Positions 12,485 through 22,512 of a stretch of DNA of 64,000 nt are shown piece by piece; the first letter of the stretch is position 1, and the number at the start of each line of letters is the position of its first letter. This stretch comes from Phallusia mammillata (lineage: Eukaryota): the NCBI GenBank assembly GCA_965637545.1, contig OZ281496.1, positions 25,668,001-25,732,000 on the forward strand, read 5' to 3'. A program made the translations under genes and the position numbers. The notes beneath the pieces are model-generated. The model searched no databases. It was not told the DNA's origin and was given only the letters and a program-made list of their open reading frames with translations.

Positions 12485-13170
12485 CATCGTGAAGATATGT
12501 GTGATCCATCATTCTAGAAATACACCGACAGGTTCCAAGAACAGACTGATGTACGTGGTGCTAAGAGACTATGACAAACCAATCAATATCCTGATATTTG
12601 ACGTCATGTCAATTAAAATGTGTCTAAAGAGCGTCGGCCTAAAACGGAGGTCCACATGTAACCTGTACAATAACTGCATTATTAGGCCGGGGTCAGAAAG
12701 TTTTTGTCTGACGGAATCATTGCTACGTATTATATCGCGAACGGGACCCTTTTTCAAATATTACAAGTATAATGTTCAGGGTCAGCCAAAGTTTGCGCCA
12801 CAGAATTCGCATATTCATCAGTCGGCGTATTCACAAGGCAACCAGGAAAACTAGGAACTCCTGTGACCTTTTCCACAGTGCGCATCGCAAACGCTTTCGA
12901 CAGTAATATAAAAAATTCATAATTAAACGAGGTAAACGGCGTATTGTATGTTAAGTGGGAGCCCGAATAAACGTCCATCACAGATACTGACGCCACAATG
13001 AGAGGAAGTAGCTTACCGCATAAAACCGCAAGATTGCCTTTGACACTGCTAGATGCAATATAAAACGTGAACTAGGTAGTTAATGTTCAACACCACATAG
13101 CGTAGAAGTTTGAAGAACTTTACATAGGATACAACTCAAAAGAGGGGAAGAGCAGGACTAAGTAGGTAGC
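12485..13170 (-). pseudogene. Inverted 7TM relic (spacer type A, copy 3)
   Basis: Paralogous to the copies at 905 and 3365. Fragments AVSYFLSLWRQ, GCLVNTPTDEYANSVAQTL, IMQLLYR..ILIDMTSNI, LSTTYISLFLEPVGVFL. Confidence 0.55.
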
Positions 13171-13839
13171 ATTTAAATTCCACATTTTTACGAAACTTGA
13201 ATTTCAATGCAAAAAGATGCGTGATGGTCAATTATTCTCAGAATCGCTTTATGTTTCATCAAATCGGGTAAAGTATATTACATTCCATGCTTTGTGGCAG
13301 CCTTACCCGTAGTTTCGGCGGAAGAGTGTCAGTCGCGAGGAAGGAAGTTCGATAATGATGTTGAAGTTACAATATACCCCGCGCAATCATAATTTCGTTT
13401 CGCAGTCAATCTTAAAAACCTTCAAGGCAAGTTGTAAGTTTAACCTTTAGGTTCAATTTTGTTTGATTATGTTTAGGAGGGCTGTCGCAGGTTGGTATTA
13501 AGCTACTGCAATGGAAACAAACCTCAAATGACAATGTGTGAGCAAACTTTAGCTTTATTTACGTTTTGCGGGATATGCAAAGAGTGCTATTGAGGCATTT
13601 TAGGCTAGAAGGATGTAATCATATGCTTTGGTTTAATTATCCGATTGTTTTCTTTGAAATTTTAAGTTTGTTTTGGGATTTTTATCAAAAACATAGCTAC
13701 CAGAGTACTTGCTCGTAATAGAATACATCATGCAGACGTTTCAACAATCGCTGTTGTCATAATCAGTGCTGGTTTTAAATCGAGCTAGAACCAGGTGTAT
13801 ATAGGTACTGAGAAAAAAGGTGAACGCAAGGTGTGCGAA

Positions 13840-13849
13840 GTGACGTCAC
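13840..13849. promoter_or_regulatory. CRE palindrome upstream of R5
   Basis: Direct sequence GTGACGTCAC. Confidence 0.55.
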
Positions 13850-14020
13850 AGTCAAGAAAACAGCACTGGTGATAGAAGGGTAGCTTAATTATAGAATTTC
13901 TCGTTTGCAAAACTTGTTTGTGCGTAACTTTATCCGTTTAACCTACTTTGTGTTTCCGTGTATGTCAAGCAGCTTACCAATGAACTCTAAAGTACAAAAA
14001 TATTTAGGGAAACAAGGAAA

Positions 14021-14941
14021 ATGATTTTGGTGAACAACACGACCAATGGAAACCTGACTGGATTTTCGCCAAACGAACGTTACCAACAAGCACCGTGGCT
14101 CGCTGCAATAGTTCTAGATTGTGTATGCGTTTTCTTGTCCCTCTGGTTGTGCATAGCTATGCTTTGCTATGGGATCCAACACCGAAAGTTCTCAAGAAGC
14201 ACCGGCGGTTTTATTCTGTACCTGTTGGCCTTTGTCGCGGTTGCATCTGGCCTTGCATTTCTTATCTGCGTTTTAGCCTCTGTTAACATTGGCTTTATCG
14301 CAAGTGAGAGCGATATTTGTAATATTCTCACCAAATTTTCAGTCGAACTCCTGATCACATCCAACTCTGTGGTGTATCTCTTCTTATGGACAAAACAAGC
14401 GACCCTATACCAGAGTCCAACGCTTGAACACCTTCAACACAGATGGATCAAAGTTATGAGTTATACCAGTGTTGTCCTCATGGTCCTTGGAGAGCAAGTC
14501 GCTGGTATGGCCTTCAACGTGCTCAACGAATTTACATCCAGTGATTCGGTTGTCGTCGACGCGTTCCACAAATGGCCGTCATTTGCAGCTTCGTCTGTTA
14601 ACGCTGTGGGGCAAGCTTTAATGCTGTTCCTGCTTTTATATCCTTTTCATTGCGCCAACCAAAGACACGGAACTAAAGCCAGCGTGTCTATCATAAAACG
14701 AACTGTGGTCACCACATTCATATGTGTTCTAACCGACGCTTTTGCTGGCATTGCAAACGGAATCCACGTACGTTCTAACAACAATATTACATTGTCAATA
14801 TACGGCTGCAGCGTAACGGCAAACCTTATGGCCGTTTTGTTTACATACGAGACATGGAGATGTATTATCGTTTCGCCGTTCGGTGGCAGTAAAGCGTGGA
14901 AATGCAAAACACCTGTGGTATCAGTTTCAGACAACTGTTAA
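14021..14941 (+). CDS. 7TM receptor copy R5, 306 aa; open but lacks the ECL2 Cys and has a shortened tail
   Basis: ECL2 reads FTSSDSVVVDAF instead of FASTEFGCRYVDAY (1-nt plus 5-nt deletions restore the frame). C-terminus is VVSVSDNC*. Confidence 0.8.
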   Translation: MILVNNTTNGNLTGFSPNERYQQAPWLAAIVLDCVCVFLSLWLCIAMLCYGIQHRKFSRSTGGFILYLLAFVAVASGLAFLICVLASVNIGFIASESDICNILTKFSVELLITSNSVVYLFLWTKQATLYQSPTLEHLQHRWIKVMSYTSVVLMVLGEQVAGMAFNVLNEFTSSDSVVVDAFHKWPSFAASSVNAVGQALMLFLLLYPFHCANQRHGTKASVSIIKRTVVTTFICVLTDAFAGIANGIHVRSNNNITLSIYGCSVTANLMAVLFTYETWRCIIVSPFGGSKAWKCKTPVVSVSDNC

Positions 14942-16760
14942 GAAAATTCGAGATCCCATGATCTAAACTTAATTCATTTAGGACCTTAGAACATGGCTGT
15001 CCTATTCCTATGCTACTATGTGGTTTTAGTATTAGCCTTATAGCCACGACGAACATATTTGAAACAGGTTGCAAACCAGATTAAACATAACTTGTTTGTG
15101 TATAATTAGATGTATTCATTATTCGTGTGACTGTATTATTGCTTCTAACAGTAACGTATAAAATAAAGTCTAATCGTGAGTACTGCTTTGAATTGTTGTG
15201 ACATTGCTACGTGAAACAAAATCGACAGATGAGATACCTAACCAACTTGTTGACTATGTCTGAGGCAACATGCACCAGATGATAACAAATTGTAGGGAAA
15301 AACTTTGCTGCATAACTAATAAGTGACAAACGAGTTGTAAAATAAAAAAATGCATGTACATAGGCCAAACTGTATATGGTTGAGAATGATACAGAGGCAA
15401 AGGAAACTGCACAGCATCTGTACTATGCTATACTATAGCAGGGATCGGTAACCACTGACACGTGTGCCATGGATGGTATGCTAGGTGGTTTTTCATGGCA
15501 CGCCAACCAATTTGAGTGTTTATATGAAAGAAACAATTTAACCTGTTACACTGCTTGTTTATAGATTTTGTCATGCCATTGTCTTAAAATTCAGCCTTAC
15601 ATGCACAAAAGACTCTGCTTCCTCTTTATTATTGATATCTGCTGGCACGAACCACTATTATTTAGAAAAACGTTGGCACACGAGGTCATTAACACATGGA
15701 AACAACAAGTAATGTGGCACGTGTCGCCTAAAAGGTTGCCGACCTCTGTATTAGAGTATTGAAGGTTTATGCAAACCATGTTAACTGGGTTATCAAATTT
15801 TGTCAAAAGTTAGTCATCTATTTGAGCTCTGTTAGCGGTTTCAATTGTCATAACTAAAAGCTACGTCAAACCTGACGTAAGGGCATGTATAACACACGTA
15901 AGTAGAACAGCGTTAAGCGTGTGAATCACAACAAATTGAATAGAAAATTGAGCAGTAAGCGCAAAAAACTTGGCGTAATTGGCCTAGGGCTACTGAAGCT
16001 TTTGCCGCAATTATAGATTGCACACGCGCTTGGTCACCACGATAACCGCGCATTCGTATGATCATACCTGTGATTGGCGAGAAGCGTGCACAAGTGCGTT
16101 TAACTTTGAAGTAGAACAGCTAGCGCTTCGTTCTGAAAAGGATGTAGACAACAAAAAGCTTGTTTTGACACCTTGGCGCTTCAAATTTTAAGCGCAACTA
16201 AGTCTGCGTGTTTTGTTGCAGCCTTTCCGGTAGTTTCGTCGGAAGAGTGTTAGTCGCGAGGAAGGAAGTTCGATAATGCTGATGAAGTTACGATATACCA
16301 CCTGTTAGCATAACTTTATTTCGCAGTCATGATTAGAAACCTCCAAGGCAAGCAAGTTTTATATTTAGATTCAGTTTATTTATTTTTTATTTTTAGTAGG
16401 GCTGCTGCAGGTTGATATTGAGCTACTGCAAAGGAAATAAACCTCAAAATGATAATTTGTGAACAAACATTAGCTAAATTTACATTTTGCGGGATTTTCA
16501 TGAAGGGTGCTATTCAGGCATTTTATGGTAAAAAGGATGTATTCAGATATTTTGGTTTATTTCTCCGATTCTTCTGTATGGAACTTTAAGTTTGTTAGGG
16601 AATTTTAATCAAAAACATAACTGCCAGAGTATTTGTGCATAATAGAATACATCATGCAGACGTTTCAATAGTCGCTGTTGTCGTAATCAGTGCTGATTTT
16701 CAATAGAGCCAGAACCGGGTATATAAGCACTTAAAAAAAGGTGAACGCAAGGTGTCTGAA

Positions 16761-16770
16761 GTGACGTCAC
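16761..16770. promoter_or_regulatory. CRE palindrome upstream of R6
   Basis: Direct sequence GTGACGTCAC. Confidence 0.55.
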
Positions 16771-17084
16771 AGCCAACAAAACGGCACAGGTGGTGATTAA
16801 AAGGGTAGCTTATAATTATGGAATTTTGTTTGGAAGTTTTGGGTTACCTTAATGCTTTCAAGAGTCAAGATTTTATTTGTATTGTCACTTTATCATCACA
16901 GTTCCATCGTTGATTAGTTAAGTAAACAGCAAGGACACCGAAAGCTTTTCTTTACATATTTTGCACATCTCATTTGGAAGCTTCTGTGTACGCAACTTTT
17001 TTAACCTTTTTGTGTTTTTGTGCAAGTCAAGCAGCTTACCAATGAACTGTAAAGTACAAAAATATTTAGTGACACAAAAGGAAA

Positions 17085-18047
17085 ATGATCTTGGTGAACA
17101 ACACGACGAATGGAAACCAGACCGGATTTTCGCCTGTCGAACGTCACCAACAAGCGCCGTGGCTCGCTGCAACCGTTCTAGGCTGCGTATGTGTTTTAAT
17201 GTCCCTCTGGTTATGTATAGCTATGCTTTGCTATGGGATCCAATACCGCAAGTTCTCAAGAAGAACCAGTGGTTTTATTCTGTACCTGTTGGCCTTTGTC
17301 GCGGTTGCATCTGGCCTTGCGTTTCTCATCTCCGTTTTGGTCTCCGTCAACATTGGCTTTATCGCAAGTGAGAGCGATGTTTGTAATATTCTCACCAAAT
17401 TTTCAGTCGAACTCCTGGTCACATCCAACTCTCTAGTGTATCTTTTCTTATGGACAAAACAAGCGACGTTATATCAGAGTCCAACGCTTGAACACCTTCA
17501 ACACAGATGGATCAAAGTTATGAGTTATACCAGTGTTGTCCTCATGGTCCTTGGGCAGCATGTCGCTGGCATGGCCTTCAACGTGCTCAACGTATTTGCA
17601 TCCACCGACTTCGGTTGTCGTTACGTCGACGCGTACCATAAATGGCCGTCGCTTGCTGCTTCGTCAGTTAACGCTATAGGCCAAGCTTTAATGCTGTTCC
17701 TGCTTTTATATCCTTTTCATTGCGCCAACCAAAGACAAGGAACCAAAGCCAGCATGTCCATTGTAAAGCGAACAACGGTTACCACATTTATATGTGTTTT
17801 AACGGATGCTGTTGCTGGCATTGCAAACGGGATCTTTGTACTCTCAAGCAACCATCTTCCATTGTCTATATACGGTTGCAGCGTAACAGCAAACCTTATG
17901 GCTGTTCTGCTCACATATGAGACATGGAGATGCATTATCGTTTCGCCGTTCGGTGGCAGTAAAGCGTGGAAAAGCAGAACACCTGTGTTGTCAGTTTCAG
18001 ACGGTACACCTGTGAAAAAAATTCGAGACCCCATGATAAAAACCTAA
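17085..18047 (+). CDS. 7TM receptor copy R6, 320 aa, with a frameshifted cytoplasmic tail
   Basis: TM1-TM7 intact. A 20-nt deletion between two gtttca repeats gives the tail VLSVSDGTPVKKIRDPMIKT*. Confidence 0.85.
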   Translation: MILVNNTTNGNQTGFSPVERHQQAPWLAATVLGCVCVLMSLWLCIAMLCYGIQYRKFSRRTSGFILYLLAFVAVASGLAFLISVLVSVNIGFIASESDVCNILTKFSVELLVTSNSLVYLFLWTKQATLYQSPTLEHLQHRWIKVMSYTSVVLMVLGQHVAGMAFNVLNVFASTDFGCRYVDAYHKWPSLAASSVNAIGQALMLFLLLYPFHCANQRQGTKASMSIVKRTTVTTFICVLTDAVAGIANGIFVLSSNHLPLSIYGCSVTANLMAVLLTYETWRCIIVSPFGGSKAWKSRTPVLSVSDGTPVKKIRDPMIKT

Positions 18048-18592
18048 TTCATTTACGAACTTGAAACATGGCTGTCATATTCCTATGCTACTATGTGGTT
18101 TCAGTGTTAGCCTTATGGCCACGACGAACGTATTTGAAACAGGTTGCCAATCAGATTAATGGTCAAAGTTTTGAATGGTGGTGATATTGCTTCGTGAAAC
18201 TCTAATATAACGCATTACTGGAATAATAAAAATCTTTAATCTGATGTGGACACTGATAATGACATTAGCATTTGCCGAAGCGTTTGCGTAAGCATGTCGC
18301 TTTTGACGTCTATTTGGCATTTTATATTCGTCATTAAAGTTTTTTTTAAAAAACACATGTGTGTACAATACACCTCATGCATATCATAGCTCTTTGTTGT
18401 GGAGATACGCCAGTAAGCCTAAAAATAAAATCGACAGATCAGATACCTAGCCAACTTGTTTACCTTCCCTGAGGCAACAGGCACCAGATGATAACAACAT
18501 GTAGGGTAGAAATAGCTGCATAACTGCAACAAGTGGCAAAGCTGCAACAAGCTGTAAGTTTTGTATTAACAAGTTTGGTTTTCTTTATTGAG

Positions 18593-21500
18593 ATGCTGCT
18601 TTCGGTATACACCGTAGTTCTAGGTCTGGCAACTTACAGCAACGGTAAGAAGAATGTTTTTGACAATGAAAGTTTTCTGCGTTGGGTTTATCATCTTTCT
18701 GTTTGTTAATCTATTGTATTTCTTAACGGCATACGGCTGGCATACAGTAACGTGCAACAGCATTAAATCATTTTTCTCTCGCAATACGTAACGTATTTTA
18801 GTTGCAAATCTTTAATAGATAGACAAAATAAACTTCAAAACTATTTTGCGGTCAAGTGGTAAGTCGGTTTCGTGTTGAATAGATATCAACTAAATTTGAC
18901 TGTTGTGGCATGAATTTTTTGTGCACTTTGGGGAGCTTTAACAAAATTGTCCTATAGCATTCAGATGTATGACATGCCATGGGTCCAACTTTGAAGAATG
19001 CGATGTCAATGGAAGAATGACTGAGTGCATGAACAACCAGGTATATCGTTTGGTATTTCCTTTTTACAAGGACCCAACCACGCGTGATGTTAAGAATGTA
19101 GTTCTGTAAGTTTGAGTTAGCTAGTAACAAAAACAACTTGTTCAGTTATTTTAAAGTGTGAGACGTTAATATATGTCCCAAGTGATTGGAGCAGAAGAAA
19201 CGGCAAATATTACGGCATTATTCTTTACAGAATATGTGCGAAACGGTTGTAAGACGTTACGAAAACAAACTTCGAGTCATCAAGGGATGCAAAAACAAGA
19301 TGGCGTGCGAAATAAATCAAGGCCAGGTAGGCTAATTCACTCTACAATACCACAGCTAACACTTGCTAATGCATTTTGCTGCTAGAACGTATTCAACTCT
19401 GGCAAATCAACCCAATGCAACTCGGATCAAAGAAACTCAGTGTGCACTTGCTGCTGTAGTGGTGAGCTTTGCAATGTCGGCCATCCTACCTGTGTAACCT
19501 ACTACCAACCACCACCAGGTAAACTTCACTTGAGCACTGTGTTGGTACTTTTTAGATTTGTTGTCTTTCAGAAGGTCGTTATACTACAACAGTGTTTGTA
19601 ATTCAAATTTAACAAAAACCGAGTCTGCCTAACGTTACAATAACGTGCTTGCATGAGATACATCTGAAAGTAAAACAAAAAAAAGATGTTGCCAAACGTC
19701 TTTCGATCTGGAAAACTTGTAAAATGTAAAACCCTGAAAACCTTTATTACAAAACTTGTATTTTGATAGCAAATGACTGTCCCTCCGTGCCAGCCACACT
19801 ACCTCATGGTGAGATCGTTTGTTTAAATGGGAACAAGCCTGGATCGTTGTGCGAATATCGCTGCACGTCTCAGGACTATGATGTATGGCCTCTACATCGT
19901 GAGCACAACATTTGTACAAACAATGGAACCTGGGCCCATGAACTTCCATGTTGTGCAAGTAAGTGTCTTCTACTGCGTTTTAGACTAAAAGATAAAAATT
20001 CAATTGCCGTCTTTAGTTGTTTACACCTTGAGCACCATCCTTTCTGCATAACACGGGTGGTTAGCTTCTATAGTGCCCTCAACCATCAAGGTTTACTTCA
20101 GTCGGGTGTTTACTACGAGTGTGCCAACCAATTTTCTTGTGAGCTACCTCCACATAACGTTTCATAATACAGTGTAACTGTCATAATCTCCAAAAGTGTT
20201 CTCCAATATTTTGTGTAAATATCTGGTCCATACGTAATCAATAATCATAAAGACTGGTAAGTTTGAAACTTTTCGATACTTTTATAGCTTTGTAAAGATC
20301 ATAAGGTACATTTACTTTTTGCAGGACCATGTCCCCCCTTCTACCTTTACGACGATTTATGGTTGATTCATTATTCCGGACAGGATGCCGAATTGCTGCT
20401 TAAGCACACGATCGATCTGGTTAAAGCGTAAGTAGTATGTATGCAAGCTCCGAGGGACAAAGACGCAACAAATATTTCTTAGGCTTATGTTCCACAAAAC
20501 ACATAGCATGTTTTAAAATAAATTGGGTCAAATGATTCTAGAAGTTAAGTATTGTTTTTCACAGCGGGCGGTATGCTGATGACGCGATGATGGCAGCTGT
20601 AATGTACTTCAGTGGAAAACCAATCGAGTCAAGCATTATCAATTTCAACGATTACAATGGCAGTGAAACTCGGCTTTTTGAGTTAATCGAAGAAAGACTA
20701 AAGATAACCAACGAAGGTATTGTGACAAACTTTACATATCTTGCCTGTATCAGCACATAAACTGCAAGTCATTTTAAATACAAACTGTCTATAGTATATT
20801 GGATGATCACGAGTCTGCAGAGACTCATGAAGGATGGATACAAAAGTGGCGTATATTAACAGATTAAATACTTTGATCAGTCTGAAGTCACTGTAAATGG
20901 GTTGAAAAGTTATTTATTGATCTCTGAAATCTAAAATATTTTGAAACGTTTTTAGATTGGGACTGGAACTGTTTTTGTCTGGAAAATTTATCTTTTTTAA
21001 ATGTGGTAGTATTCACTTCTTAACATTTCACAATCTTGCAGGACCGGTTAACACTGGAGCAGCGATCAAATACGCTCTGGATAATATGTTGACTCCGGGG
21101 GCAGGGCTAAGAGACAGTCGTGTACCGAAAGGAATTAGTCTTCTTACGAACACCAACTCAGATGACGAGGTTAAAGAAATATCAGATGAAGTGAGACGGC
21201 GTGGATTTTGGGTAAGTAACAAATTGCTAAAATACAGGATTTGTTACAGTTGTATTTTGCTAACGATCAAATGGAACTTTTTGACAAGTCGTCAAACATA
21301 GTTGTCATGGTTCAATGCAAAAACACTAACAACCATGGTGAATGTATGCATAGAGTAAGCATTCCTTACTTAAAAAGAATTTTTCAAGTTCAAGTTGTAC
21401 CTATAACGCATATCAAATCTGAAACGTATGTGCTAATATATTGGATATCAGCTACATCACGCAATAACCCCTCCCAGTTTTTGTGAAACAATATGACTTC

Positions 21501-21780
21501 ATTGATACAACAAACTTAATAGATTATGCATACAAGTACTAACTCTTCTGTTAATTCCGGACAACGTCGCATCTTCTATGTTTTGCAGTTAGAAATTTAC
21601 GGATGGGAACTACATGGTTTTAAATTCGACCGAAAACAACTTCTCGAAATAGCTGGGGCTGAAGAGAATCTCTACATTTACGACAAACACCCGGGAGATT
21701 TTACCCACCACGATTTAAACACCCTTACCAGCACCTTTTGTTCAAACCCTTGTGACCACGTTTTGCATGATCATCCTTAA
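18593..21780 (+). CDS. Secreted LU(three-finger)-like + CCP + VWA protein, gene A (389 aa)
   Basis: Exons 18593-18644, 18958-19040, 19231-19326, 19386-19518, 19770-19958, 20325-20427, 20565-20716, 21042-21211, 21589-21780. All introns GT-AG (phases 1,0,0,1,1,2,1,0); 1170 nt open frame. Signal peptide MLLSVYTVVLGLATYSNA; ends FCSNPCDHVLHDHP. Confidence 0.85.
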
Positions 21781-22512
21781 TAACCGCTTTTATGAATTTA
21801 AAATGTGTGATACAGTAACCCTTTTATTAACCACAAATCACCTCATTTAACGTAAAAATATGTCATAAAAATATATTTCGTGTTTGTTGTCTGGTCTTTG
21901 TCAAGTTTAGAACATTATGGGTTATGAATGTGCCAATACTATTTGTTTGAATATTCAAAAAAAGATATAAATATCATCAAGTCGATGGCTTAGAACGAAA
22001 CAACGCAAGATATATAATGCGGTCCTGATATGCACGCAATTTAATAACCGGATGTAGAGGTTTTCCAAGTATGGGAAAAATGAAGGAAAGAAGCAATTTT
22101 TTGACGTGCCATTGCAAAGACGCCTCAAAGCGCTCGACCTTAAAAATTTCGTAAAAAATAATGCCAGTTTGTTAACCCGGCCCGAGGCAAAACAGACCGG
22201 ACTAAATACTGATATGCAGGCAGCAATTTTTAAACACAACCGCAGACAAATTGCCACCAATTTTAAGTGAAATTAGCGAAATGCTGTGTTCTGCAATATG
22301 AAGCTTTATTTGATTTAATCTTATATAGAATACAAAAAAATTAAAAATGATACGATCTTTTAGCGTGGAATTTTTTTTTAAATTTGTAGAAGGACAAGAG
22401 GTCAAGTGGTTGGATCAGTGTAAAGTAAAAACCCTCTGGGCAGTTTTTAAATATAAAACTCGACTCTAACCTTCCATGTCGATTGATCCGATCGTGTTAC
22501 AAGAAGTGGACT

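Noticed and set aside
18666-18750. ATG AAA GTT TTC... as the signal-peptide exon of gene A
   Set aside because: No phase-1 donor follows; the ATG at 18593 with donor G|gtaaga at 18644 fits the family pattern.
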